The notes under the pieces were generated by a model. The model was not told the origin of the DNA and searched no databases. It was given only the letters and a program-made list of their open reading frames with translations. This document shows positions 1-13,004 of a stretch of 64,000 nucleotides of DNA, in pieces. The position numbers and the translations under genes are program-made. The first letter of the stretch is position 1, and each line of letters begins with the position of its first letter. Source of the DNA: Harriotta raleighana (Eukaryota); NCBI GenBank assembly GCA_050575255.1, contig JBNZDD010013709.1:4317963-4381962 (forward strand), in the 5' to 3' direction.

Positions 1-2453
1 GTCTACAAAACACATAGTCACTGCACTTTACGGTTAAGTAAATCCTGTAAATCGTCTTGAGATGTCTCATGGCGAGGTGATAAGGTGCAATATCAGATGC
101 TATGATTATTTGATTATAAATTCAAACATTGGGATTGTTGTGAAAGAATGAGCTGTTAGTATAATGCAATCTCCTATCACTGTTTTTTTAGGTGCCGTTT
201 GTTAGTGTTGCAGACAGTTTTAAATGAAGGCTCCTTTTTAATAGGCTGGTGTGAATAAACCACGGAAGGCATTGGTATTCAGTGGATGATGCTAAACTGG
301 ATTTAGGGGATGGGAATTATCAGCAACGAACAAAGGCACAACATGATATGCCAACGCTGCAGCGCATGTCTCCTGGTTGTTCACATAATTTCAGCAACTC
401 AGTCAGAAATTTATTTTTAGCCTCATGAGAAAAGAGAAGCCAGGAAAACATGGATGCGGGCGGTGTGGAAGCACTGGGTTGGTTAGTTGTTCAGGCATGA
501 TGGGAAGAAATATCAGCTGAAAAAATTGACCTTAATATAGCTCAATAAATTAGTATACTGCAACTGTAAGTGTAGCAACTCTGGATACTTCGGGGTTGAA
601 TTTTCAGGATTCATTTGTTATTGATGGAGAGGAGAGGGGTTAAGTTAGTGAATGATAATAATGGTGTTCAATTGATTTGAGAATAATTAACTGTAAATGG
701 GAGAGTGGAAGAAAGAGAGAGAGATGACCATGTTTGAGTGCTTTTCAATATTTAGACAAATCTGTTGGGGTTTTTGTGATAAAATATTTATTGGTAGAAT
801 GTTCTAAAGAAAGCGCAGATCGCAGAGCCAGTTGCATAAGTTCTCGAGTAACACAGGAAGTGTCTTCAGTCTCGCAATGATATTTTGAAGCTTTCTGTTT
901 TTTGAAGGAAGCAGTAAATTAGCATGGATGATTTCTCTGAGTTTAGAAATACATTACCATTTGTCCCCCAAATCTATTTCAAGCAAGAGAGATTATTTGT
1001 GAGGATGGCCTGTCAGGCACTAATCACTAAATTATAGGCATATATTCATTACCTGTTTTCATGATGTGTTCACCAACAAAATACAATAAAATCATATGCA
1101 AGATTTTTTTTTATTATTATGAAGCACCCAGTCAACACCACTTGACAGTGTATCCTATGAAGCACTATCTCGACAACTAGATACGGCATTATATTGAATG
1201 CAAGGATTCTTATTACTTTATTATTATTATAGAAAATCAGTACATTTTTGAGCCCTTGGGTGAAGTTTGGGTGGAGTGGGATGGGGAGGGATTTTCAGAT
1301 GATTTGTTTATTCGAGGCCCTGTTTTTGGGTGGGTCAAAGTCATGCTGGCTGAAGTCTGGAATGTACAGATGTTGCGTAGGTTCATTGTTTTGTTGGAAC
1401 ATTGCTTAAAAAGTCAGCTGCTCCGCAAGAACAAATGGATGGTGTCTGTCATATTTTATACTAGGCAGATTTTAATGCAGCCACGCTGGTAACAAACTGG
1501 AGCCAGTCAATAGATAGATATAGCTGATTAGCTAAATGATTTTAGGTTGGTCGGCTAGGTGTCCGACACATGCAGAAACCCATCACCATGTTTAAGAGTA
1601 TCCAAATCAATCTGAAGTTAAAAGATCGTGAAGGAGTCAGCAAATGTGTTGTGTCAATGAGGTAATGAAGGGAAAACACCATTGTCTGGTTAGATAAAGA
1701 TCAGTTAGAATTTTCAGGTTTTAAAGGGTACTAAAACGTCACAGTCTGGTCTTAGTGCATCGGTGCACTAAGCTTATCTGTAACACTCGTTAATGCTCAT
1801 TAACTCGATTGCTTCTAATGTAAAAAGGAATTAAGAAAATGTACCAATCACCCTCTCTGAGAAATGTTTTTTATTGTGACATATTACTGTCTCCCAAGAG
1901 AACATTTCAAGAGACCTCACAATCTCACTTATGTTCAGAACCACAGTTATTAAATCGTTTTGATACGTTAACCCAAACAACTGCCAGCCTTTGGATTGGT
2001 AAACAAAAATGATCTTCATTAAATGCATCTATTGTGTCTCTACTTATTAGTACAAAGTCATTGGCAATAAAAAGTACTACAAATAATATTTGACAAACGG
2101 ATAGACAAACTATAGAATAAAAAGCACCTGTGAAGGCACCATTACCATACATGCTCAACATTGGGACTCTCACATTGTCACTTGGGCAAGAAACCCATGG
2201 AGCCAAACCAAGTTAGAGCCAATGCATTCAGGGTAGTCAATGACTGAAATAGGTTGCCAGGAAGGGCAGCTGTGGCCAAGACATTGGATTCATTTCAGAA
2301 CCAGCTTGGAGATTCAGGATTCTTGAGGGATGTGATCAGATGAGTGAAGAAATAATAATATAATATTCCTCGCATTTGATATGGCACTTTTCATATCTTC
2401 TAGATGTCTGAAAGCTCTTCAAAGAATATACTGCAAAGTGAATTATCTGTACA

Positions 2454-3058
2454 TTGACTATGGGAATTCTCTCTTCGTCGGCCTTCCCAACTCCTCTCTT
2501 CACAGGCTGCAGATCATTCAGAATTCTGCAGCCCGTGTACTCTCCTGCACTAGACTCTGCGATCACATCACTCCCACCCTCGCCCGCCTCCACTGTCTCC
2601 CCATGCCCCAGAGGATCAATTTCAAGATCCTCGTCCTCACCTTCAAGGCCATTCACGGCCTTGTCCCCACCTATCTCTCTTGACCTGCTGTCTCCCTATC
2701 AGCCTGCCCACACCCTTCGTTCAGCAGACTCAGGCCTGCTCCGAGTCCACCGCCCTAACCACCCAGCCATCAGTGGCCGGGCTTTCAGCCTCTCTGGCGC
2801 CATACTGTGGAACTCCATCCCACAGTCCCTCCGCCTTGCTTCCTCCCTTTCCTCCTTCAAGGCCGATCTCAAGACCTTCCTCTTTAACCGCGCCTTCGGT
2901 TCCCTTCCACCCTAACTCTTCCTACTCTCCTTCCCCCTCCCACTACCCCCAATCCCCCCCATGCTCGGGTCCTGACCTGACTGTTCAGCGCTTTGGGAAG
3001 TTCTCCCGACATGAAAGGCGCTATACAAGTGTAATTTTGTTGTTGTTGTTGTTGTTGT
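2454..3058 (+). mobile_element. L2-clade LINE 3' fragment (ORF2 C-terminus, 3' UTR, (TTG)n tail)
   Basis: Two frameshifted ORFs give DYGNSLFVGLP..RLQIIQNSAAR..HITPTLARLHCLP..RINFKILVLTFKA..LRS..GRAFS..LWNSIP..FKADLKTFLF, typical of L2 ORF2. Ends in gcgctatacaagtgtaatttTGTTGTTG. Confidence 0.9.
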
Positions 3059-4637
3059 ATATTTGTGGGAGAAACATGGCTGCTAATTGCACAAGTCAAT
3101 ATCTCACAAACAGTTGTGGATTAAAGAGACAAATTTATTATTATTTTTCTGAGGGATACTTTAAGTCATGTAGAGTAACAAAGCATGCCAAAGATTTTTC
3201 TGAAAGGCCCTCATTACCCAAACCGTCCTAGAAATCTTGTGAGGAGAGATAGAACATTGACCAAAAAGTTAATAAATATTGGCCCCAAAAAAGGTTGCCA
3301 AAGGTCACACGATTCAGACAAAGGAATAATGAAAGATTTAAGGGTGAAGGAAGAAGTGTACAGCAGTTAATTTCAAACTTGGAATTGCAGTGGTTTGCTT
3401 TCCCTGTTGTTCGAAAGGATCTTGCATCAAGCTGTTTTGGAAGTGGAATTTTCCAGTCCCGCTTTAATAACGTTACGTTCATATGTGGGCCAGTATGATG
3501 AAGTGTTGGTGATGATTCCTTCTGAAATCTGCTCTCACCAATAATAGACACACAAAGGAAAGTGCTCAGAATTTGCTGAAAGAGCAATAATGTTCGTTTT
3601 GGAATCTGAGGCTGAGGTTGTGAAGGTCATGAAATCGATATTCAACAACTTGAGTTGCAACTATTGACAGTGATGGCCCAGATTTTTCCTTCACTCACCT
3701 CAGCCCCAAATATTATCTGCGGCAACACAATTGGATTTGAGCTTGAAAAATATCACGTAAAATAGTTTACACTCAAATCTTCAAGCCTTTCCTTTCAGTG
3801 CTAGAACTCAGGATTCAGGCTCGGACAATTCCTACAGTTCTTTTATTAAATAATCTGCCTCAACATACCTCACCCTCTCTTTACCTATCTTTATATCTTA
3901 CCAGAAATCTACTTCTTCGACCACACCTATGGTCACATCTCCCTACACCATCTTGCTTGATGTCCATTTAAGCAGTGCTCTGAGAAATGCAAGTTGTTAT
4001 TGCTGTGTTGCTTGTTAAATGCAAAAGACCTGTGTTTGATTCCCAGCAGAATGAAACATTGGGCAAGTTTCCTTACCCCCACATACCTCTGTTTATCTAG
4101 TGGATTGGTGGATTCCTTTTCTGGGGATAATAATTCCTTCAAAAAAAATTGGTCACTGAATCCTGATTATGGGATACCGCTGTGTGCAATTGGCTGCCGC
4201 GTTTTGCCCACAAAATGATTCAGTCAATTCACTTTACAGTATATTCTGAGATGCGCTTTGAGACGTCTTGAAGTTATGATCAAGCGCTATATCAAGTGCA
4301 AAAATTATTAATCTAATTATTAAATAAAAAGATAACAGGTTTAATCTCTGAAGCAATCAAGAAACTCATCGCATGTCAAAGAGCATCTTGTTGAACCCTC
4401 TCAAATTTGTCTATATTTTAATTACTATTCGTAGCGATTTTCCGCGGTAGTAGAGAAGGTGACATGCCTGACAATAGAATGTCAGAATCAAGTCCTCTAT
4501 GGTGGCCTCAGTAGTTCCGAGGCTGTCCACAGTTCTCCCAAGCACAGATGATGATACACCAATATGTCTGGCTCATTACCAGGACTTGGAAGGGCAGACC
4601 AGTCACAGCAAGGCCAGATTATTTTCCCACTCAGCTA

Positions 4638-5022
4638 CAGTAAAATCTCAATAATCCGACATTCCGAAAGCCGGCAATTTATGGACAAAGAGGTTAAGGG
4701 ATGTGGGGATAAAATGAGTAGGTGGAGATAGATTAGAAGATCGTGATCTTATTGAATGGTGGGGCAGGCTCGATGAGCCAAATGGCCTACTCCTGCTCCT
4801 AATTCTTATGTCCTAATGTTAACTCCCTAAAATTGCAAGATTTCAAAATACTACAGTGCTAGACTTTCTTTCCGATGTGCTTCAGTGTTGTGTTTTCAGT
4901 ACATGTGGTGTATGGGGCGGGGCTTCCTCAGCCATTTCTAGGTAGGTTTCTAAATTCCTGGCAAACTCTGAAATCCGGGAGGTGCATGGGCCCAAACAGG
5001 CCGGATTATTGAGGTTTTACTG
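4638..5022. mobile_element. Tc1/mariner (pogo/Tigger-type) MITE with a nested CR1 tail (~4680-4819, +)
   Basis: TIRs CAGTAAAATCTCAATAATCCG / CGGATTATTGAGGTTTTACTG (20/21 complementary), flanked by TA at 4636-37 and 5023-24. Confidence 0.8.
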
Positions 5023-5430
5023 TATTTAAATGTAAGTAGCCATTTTTAACCCTGGAAGCTAAAATGATTTTGGGTTGGGTGATCCTAGCTGGACTAGCAG
5101 TGGTTGCAATGGCAAGCTATGAAGTTTTATTTAGTTAAAGCTCAGCATCACCCAAACACACACTCTGAGGTCCCCGAGCCTTGACTCTTGCCCGCCTATG
5201 CCTAACACCCTTTGAAATTGGTTAAGTAGGGTGCAGGTCTACAGGGAGAGAGTGTGCATTCCATTTCAGGCACAAAAATGTCCATGTATAGCTGGCAAAC
5301 AATAAAGTTTCAGTCTGCTTTGGATACTTAAAGCATGAAGATGGGTTCCTATTTCTACATGGTCAAACACCTGGATGACAAACCCCTCCTTGCAATACAA
5401 GCAGGAAAACAGTGTACTTTAGCATTTTGT

Positions 5431-5748
5431 GGAGTCCTGTAGCTCAGTGGTTGGAGCACTCGCCTTACAAGCATGAGAGCTGTGTTTGAATCCAGGCGCA
5501 TCAGGGCGAAACCTTGGGCAAGTTTCCTTACTCCACATGCCTAATAATAATCCCTCCAAAGAAAAACAATATTAAAATTGGTCATTTCAATCCACGACTG
5601 TTTGTGGGTCACTGCTGTGCACAACTGGCTGCTGCGTTTCGCCCACGAGTATATAGTCAATTCACTTTACAGCATATTCTGTGAAGAGCTTTTAGACGTC
5701 TAGAAGACATGAAATGCGCTTTATCAAAATGCAAGGATTCTTATTATT
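5431..5748 (+). mobile_element. Full-length tRNA-headed Deu-domain SINE (dominant family)
   Basis: GGAGTCCTGTAGCTCAGTGG (A box), GTTTGAATCC (B box), Deu-like core tttgtgggtcactgctgtgc..ctggctgctgcgtttc, L2-like tail and (TTA)n end. Confidence 0.9.
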
Positions 5749-6998
5749 GTTTGTCTTGTGCATGTAACCAGTGACCTGATGACCTGGAAATCGGCCAATT
5801 TTAGCCCAGGAAGCTAAAGTGGCTGACCAGCTATCAACCGAAATGATGAATGATGGCAACCTAATGACCTATTCTAGTGCGAGAACAGGTTAACCCATGG
5901 GAAAGCAAGCAGGTTGGTTGTGCACGTGTGTAGTGAATCAAGTTCAAACCCCAATGGGTCATAACAAAATCAGTCCAATGAAGAAAACATGTTATAAAGG
6001 GGGTAGCTGTTGGTAGCTGAAGTAACAAGCAGATGTTTTGGGCATTATGGCCTCATTCTGTTTTATAAGATCCTTTGCACATACTATTTTCCTCTCTCTC
6101 TCTCTGGTGTTTCTTTTTTGGTAGAATTTTCCATTTAGATAGATGAGCCTTACCCACTTCAATGATAATTCATGGGGGAAAAAAATCACTGAAGCTTCAG
6201 AATCATTTTCAAGTCCTTGAACTGCCCTTCAGGTTAGTTTGTAAACAAGGCTGCGCTATTTGTCCCAACTGAAGCCTCCTCAGCTGCTTCCACACAGCGA
6301 CCGGCATGTCCTGCTCAAACTCTATACTTTTTAGGAAGCTAGGCTTTCTGACTCACGGTTGGTTTTGTCAAAGTGTAACAAATAGATTGCAATCAGGCAT
6401 ACAAAGATTTGGAAATATTCAATGTGAACCAAGGACATTTAAAGGTCTGCCTCTCAGAGTCAGCAGAATACTTTCCAAATGAGGACTGAACAATTTTGAA
6501 GCCTTCACAGAAGCAGGGCCGGATGCACAAGAGAAAATTGCAGAGGTTTGATATTTCATTTTGAAACATCAAATTTGGCCAATTTTCGGCTGACAAAAGC
6601 ATATTGTCCTGTTAAAGATTGAATGTTATTGTGACAGACCATCTTATCTCTAGTAAAAGTATATCTGATATCTTTAGTAAAGATGATGGACAGACTTGGC
6701 AGCTCTCTGATAATTATAGAGCCACTTTCTTTAATCAAATAAATTGAAATTCATTCTAGGGTAAAAAGGCCAAAATCACATGATAAGAACTTACTTTCAG
6801 ATGCACCAAGATAGCAGAACGTGAGGACATAGGTTTAGGGCAGTTTTCACTGCAGATCCACAATTAAACTATTAACTGTTAAATAAAATAACTTGAGGTC
6901 CACAAAAGTAACCAAGCAGGTCTCTTAAACTCTTAAAACACAAGCTCAGTTTGGCCCATTTGAACTCACCCTTCCAGTTTTCATTATGGGTCTGCCTA

Positions 6999-7319
6999 GG
7001 AGTCCTGTAGCTCAGTGGTTAGAGCACTCGCATTACAAGTGTGAGACCTGTGTTTGAATCCAGGCAGGTCAGGCCGAAACCGTGGGAAAATTTTCCTACT
7101 CCTCATACCTAATAATAATCCCTCCAAAAAAAAAATCGAATTGATCATTTGAATCCACAACTGCTTGTGGCCCACTAGTGTGCGCAATTGGCTGCCGCGT
7201 TTCACCCACAAATATACATTCAATTCAATTTACAGTATATTCTGTGAGCGCTTTGAGACATCTAGAAGACATGAAAAACACTATACCAAATGCAAGGATT
7301 ATTATTCTTATTATTATTA
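6999..7319 (+). mobile_element. Full-length tRNA/Deu SINE
   Basis: Same structure as 5431. Confidence 0.9.
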
Positions 7320-7764
7320 AGTTGCCCTTCACAACCCTAAACCTGTATCCTCGTGTTCTGCTGACTTGGTGGATCGGAAAGTCATATTCTGAGAATACAT
7401 TTTCAATCCCTTTCATAAGATCTCTAAATATGAATGTGAATCACCTTTTTAATTGCATACGCTTCACGTTATTGTCAGAATCCAGAGGGATGAAAGACGG
7501 TAATCCGCGACGTTAACAGTGAAACAGTTAGTCAGACTCTTTACAAGATGTGAAATTGGCTGCATTGAAAATAACATTTTTAGTCCTTCACATTATCAAA
7601 TCTAATTATTATTATTCTTCAATAAAATGATCCTAATAGATTTGCACACCATTCTCATGACAGATGGTCAGCAATCCCCTAAATAAGAATGTTCATTGTG
7701 GGACTTTGCTGGGAACAAGTTGGCAGCCATGTTCATTTATAAAATACACAGCCACCACTGAAAA

Positions 7765-8805
7765 GTTCAGGGGCGTTAAGGGAAGTGGGGGATTAGGAGT
7801 TGCCGATGGGACCATCGAAGAGGAGAGTCTTGAGGCGGGACTTAAAGGAGGCCAGGGAGGGACTGCGGGATGGAATTCCAGTGGTTGTGGGCAGAGAGGC
7901 TGAATGGTGGGGTGGGTGGGTCGAGGGACATGGAGCAGAGGGGGCGGGCAGGTTGGAAGGGTGTTAGAAGATCACGGATGTAGGATAGTGCAAAGCTGTG
8001 GAAGGCTTTGAATGTGAGGACGAGGAACTTGAATTGGAACCTCTGGATGATGGGGAGCCAATGGAGTCTGGTGAGCATGGGGGAGATGGGGTCACGGAGT
8101 TTGAGCGGTAGAGGACACGGGCCGCAGAGTTCTGGATCCTGTAGAGGGAGGAATTGGGAAGGCTGACAAGCAGGTCATTTGCATAGTTGAGCCAGGATGT
8201 CATGAAGGCATGAATGAGGGTTTCACTGGCCTTGGGGGTAAGGTAGTGGTGGAGTCGGGCAATATTGTAGGGATGAGGGAAGCTAGAGCGCGTCATTGCT
8301 TGGATGTGGGGAAGGAAAGATAGTTGAGGATCGAAAAAGACACCTGGGTTTCTGACTGACTTGGTGAGGTCGAGTGAGCAACCATGGAGATTGCTGCTGT
8401 CAGCACCTGATGCATGAAGGCACTGGCGCAAGCCAATCAGTAGGCACTCTGTCTTGTTAACATTCAACTGTAGAAAGTTGGCTCTTATCCAGAACTTGTT
8501 ATCTGACAGTCTTGTCAGGACAGTAGTAGTAGGAGTTGAGGGAAGAGGCAGAAAGTTAGAGTTGGATGTCATCTGCATACATGTGGAGGTTAACCCCATG
8601 TCTGCGGATGATGTCACCCAAGTGGGAGCATGTAGATGTTGAAAAGTAGGGGGCCAAGGACAGAGCCCAGAGATACGCCACAGGTGACAGTGCGATGGTA
8701 AAGTGGAGACGATGGGAGCTGTAAGAGTCAAACCAGGCGAGGCCAGGTTCACGGAGATTGAGGAAGGAGGAAAGGCGGTGTAGAAGGATGGCAAAGGGGG
8801 ACTTT
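7765..8805 (-). mobile_element. L2 LINE fragment with degenerate reverse-transcriptase domain
   Basis: The minus strand encodes CGVSLGSVLGPLLF, a HMYADD motif, NFLQLNVNKTE, RNPGVFFDPQLSF and RIQNSAAR, with frameshifts. Confidence 0.9.
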
Positions 8806-9763
8806 GCCAGTTATCTACTTTGTTTTAATGGTTGTCATTTTGAGAGATAGTGAGCTGGGCTGGACTGTTTTCAAAATGGTCACCGTGCTAGGCTGATAAA
8901 GGTACAATTGAGCAACCAAAAGACATACAGCAATACCTGAACATTTGCAAATAGCTATCAAATGATAGATATTGCTGTCTGTAGGCTTTGATATCTTTAA
9001 TGGACTGAATGAAGTCGGGACTCTATCTTTCAACGTACTGAGCTGTAACATTGGGAGTTCAGTTTTTATGTCTCAGAGATCTATCTGCCTGTGTATTATC
9101 AGAATCGAAAAGTACTGTATTGGAATGATTGCTTTTCAACAACCGGCTTGTCCATGAAAGCAATAAATTTGGTTGAAATATACGATGTTTGAAAGACGAT
9201 GAGCTCAGGATCTTTTATTACACGAGATGTATGAAAATGTAAGTTATTGCTGACGAAAACAGTCATTGAACCTGACAGTAATCACCTGTGAAATGCTTTG
9301 AAATGTTTCATTAATGTGTCGTAAAAAATGCAAGTTTTTTTCTTTCCTTTGTTTAATTTTTCTGAGTGAAATTAGAATGGAGTCAATCTGGATTGTTTCT
9401 CCTAGTGAGGCTGATTCTAGCTCCCTGACTCTTTAATGATTTACTCTGATAAATGACAATCCACTACATTCCTGATTGTATCCAATAAATATATCAAATA
9501 TGAAAGATGCTGTTTTAGCATGTGAGAAATGCTTTAGCTCTGCGTACTCTGCAGCTTATTCTTTGAAGCTCTTTGAGATGTCTCAAAGATGTGATCAGGT
9601 GCTATTTCAAATGCAACAATTATTAGTATTGTCATTATGCATTACTCTGAGAATAGGCCTTAAACAATTGTCTGACTACCTTTCATTCTCATCTAACCCA
9701 CTAACAATTCAAGCTTCCAAATCTGCAATCATTAGTGATCACAATTAGTGATCTTAGAGCTTA

Positions 9764-10070
9764 GTGTCGTGTAGCTCAGGGTTATAGCGCTCGCCTTGCA
9801 AGCGGGAGACCTGGGTTTGATTCCAGGCAGGGCGAAACCTTGGCCAAGTTGCCTTACTCCACATGCCTGATAATAATCCCTTGAAAAAAAAACATAATGG
9901 TAAATTGATCACTTCAATCCATGACTGTTTGTGGAACACTGCTGTGTGCTATTGGCTGCTGCATTTCGTCCACAAATATGCAGTCAATTTAATTTACAGT
10001 AGATTCTGTGAAATTGTTTGAGATGTCTAGGAGACGTGAAAAGCACTATAACAAATGAAAGGATTATTAT
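9764..10070 (+). mobile_element. Full-length tRNA/Deu SINE
   Basis: Same structure as 5431. Confidence 0.88.
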
Positions 10071-10639
10071 CTTTCCAAATGAAGCATTCTCCATGCGAGG
10101 TTGCTGATAACTGTGAGCATTAAACAATGCATTCCGAGCCACTAACCCACCCAAAGGGCATAATAATACTGCAAGTTATTGTTGTAGGTTGAGGGTAGTT
10201 TTATCCATTGTATCTCCCTGACTATGACATTATATTCAACTGTTCAAAAGTGTATTTTTTGTAACCAAAATATCAGGGACGAACTTGCAAAATTTGCTAA
10301 AGATTTGTAAATAATGAATCATTAAGGTATGCAGATAGTTCCATGTGGAACGTTGCTCCAGTGCTGATCTTAGCTTTGACTTGGTTTGCCCAATAATGGC
10401 TCCTGACAGTCAAGATTGGCAATTTGGGACAGATGATACACTGTAGGTTGAGATTAAATATAAATCCAAACATAATAAACCTTGCCTTTGATATAGCACC
10501 TTATGTGTATTGTCCCACAAATAGTCATGGATTGAGTGATCACATTTTTTTTGAGTGGATTATTTTTATCAGAAATGCGATCTGCCAATCGATCAACAAC
10601 TGGGTTCCTTCTTATTGCTAGGTAAACAGAAGTATGTGA

Positions 10640-10896
10640 AGTAAGGAAACTTGCCCTGCCTGTGAATCGCGCCCAGGTTATCTCACTTGCAAGGCGACTG
10701 CTCTAACCACTAAGAACAATAACAACGGCAAAATTACATTTGTATAGTGCCTTTCACATTGGGAGGAAGTGCCAAGACGCTTGACAGTCAGTGTTTCAGA
10801 CCCGAGCTGGGGTCAGGATCGGGGATGGTGGAGGGAAAGGAGGGGATGTGGGGTGTCCGATGAGACAGTTGAAGAAGACTAAACTACAGGACTCCA
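10640..10896 (-). mobile_element. tRNA-SINE head interrupted by an L2 3' tail (~10715-10878)
   Basis: The SINE head ...ctctaaccact is split from aactacaggactcc by an L2 tail block. Confidence 0.7.
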
Positions 10897-11874
10897 CTGG
10901 AGTTTATGCTCAATTACCGTTAGGGATCGGGGATTATCTGAATGCAGAATGTTTGCCCAGGAGATAAAGAAAGTGAAGTCAACAGAAGGTCTGTGGAATG
11001 GTGAAATAAACTGGATCTTTCTCTTTGTATGTATGCTCAATTAAATTGTCTATTTATGATTTACCTGCACTAGAAATTGCTGGAGGTGGCTCAAATGTAT
11101 CATCTGCCTCCTTCACAGACCTTAGTTCCATCTACCAATGAGACATAAAGTCCAAAAATGTAATGAATGAAGCATAAAAGAGTTTATTGGCCAAAGAACA
11201 GCATTTTTACAACTCACCTTTGGTCTTTTGACGATAAAACCAGCATGTGAAACATAAGATAAACTCACAGATGCCAAACAAGCTCTGTTCAAGCTCTGTA
11301 GAAGTTGTTGTAAGTTGTTAACATCAGCAGCTTGTTCACACTTAGAGATAGTACAGGCCTTTATTTGTCCACGTAAAAAGATAATGAAGGTACAGGTCTT
11401 CCCAGGCACTAAGACAAAGCCACAGGTTTCACTCTCCTGATGGTCTTGCAGGAGCCCAGCCGCCACGAGATACCATTATAGCCAAACACCAGTAATCATT
11501 TGGCTGTCGGTTGTAACTCTTGCCATGGTATTGCTGCCAGTAATTTTCTTTATCATTTAAAAAGAAAATGTACTCAGGCTCGAAAAGTATTCTTGTCTCC
11601 AGGCTCCAGCATAATCTGCCCTGGTAGCTCAAGAGCTGAAACAGAGCATTGATAAGGGTAGCAAAGGCAGCTTCCCAGTAATAGGATTAAGATGAATTAT
11701 AACAGATAAATAGCAATGCATGAAACAACAATGGCATTTCTGTTTGGAGTGAATGGTGATGTGGTACCTGTAGATAAATGTGACAAAATCTTTTTCTTGA
11801 TTTTATAATGGTTGCCCTAAATTGCCCTGCTACCTCAATGTAAGGCTTTCTTGCCTCACTGGTTAATGAATTGT

Positions 11875-12179
11875 GGAGTCCTGTAGCTCAGTGGCTGGAG
11901 CACTTGCCTTACAAGCGCGAGACCTGTGTTTGAATCCAGGCAGGTCAGGGCGAAATTTTGGTCAAGTTTCCTTATTCCACACACCTAATAATAATCCCTC
12001 CGAAAAAAACAATAATAAATCCACAACTGTTTGTGGGACACTACTGTGTGCAATTGACTGCCACGTTTCGTCCACAAATATCCAGTCAATTCACTTTACA
12101 GTACATTATCTGAGGCGCTTTGAGATGTCTAGAAGACGTGAAAAGCATCTATCAAATGCAAGGATTATTATTATTATTA
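11875..12179 (+). mobile_element. Full-length tRNA/Deu SINE
   Basis: Same structure as 5431. Confidence 0.9.
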
Positions 12180-13004
12180 ATAGTGTGGTGCACCTCACGT
12201 TCATGTGAGCATTTCCTACAAAATCTGAAATTCTTAGCAACTTGCTTCCCAACAACTTAATTGGCAGGGGTTCTGTTTTCAGTTGAGGAAGCCATTTTGA
12301 CAGTGTTCCAGATGGTGCATGTATTCTGAATGATTTTGGTCTGTGTGGCTGCCGGAATGTCTTGAGAGGAAAATGGCTGCTTATTATCACGGTTATGAGT
12401 GAGAATGTAAGTGGGTGAAGCGATGAGTTCCACTGAACTATTGCAGAAAATGTATCACTGAGAATGGGCAAGGTCTGACTTGCCATTAGCAGGCTCGGAA
12501 TGGCCAAAGTAAACAATTCGCCATCCTGCTGATAACTAATTAGACGCTTATTTCCCTGTGGTTCTTTTTGGGAAACTGTTGTCAGTTTCAACACCTGCAT
12601 CCAACTGCCTGAGGCTGCTGTTTGTGCCCATGGAATGCAGAGACTGTCATCTCACACCCTCCCTTAGGAGGCTGCAAAAAGACTGCAGTGAAGGCAATTT
12701 GAATAGAAGCTGCTGGTTGGTACTGTCAGAGGTGCACAATTCATGCACTGCACACACTTGCTTAGCTTGTCGTTCATTCGATGCCTGTCGTTGTTCTTGC
12801 CCTGAGAGTCTCATTGAGTCTTGGAAGGTGCTACAGAGCCACAGTCACATTGGTGCAGTCAGGTAATCAAGGATTCATTCAAGGAATTGATCTATTTCTG
12901 TCAGTCACAGGGCAGGTACAATCTTTTTGTGTTATCACAGCCTTTGTGATAACAGAAAGAGATCGTACCTGCCCCAAGGCTATATGTCAGCCTGACACAT
13001 GGTA

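Noticed and set aside
5431-5510. tRNA-Val(TAC) genes
   Set aside because: They are SINE heads: always fused to the Deu core and tail, divergent between copies, with no Pol III terminator after the cloverleaf.
7964-8794. 276-aa ORF as a host gene
   Set aside because: Frameshifted L2 reverse-transcriptase remnant.
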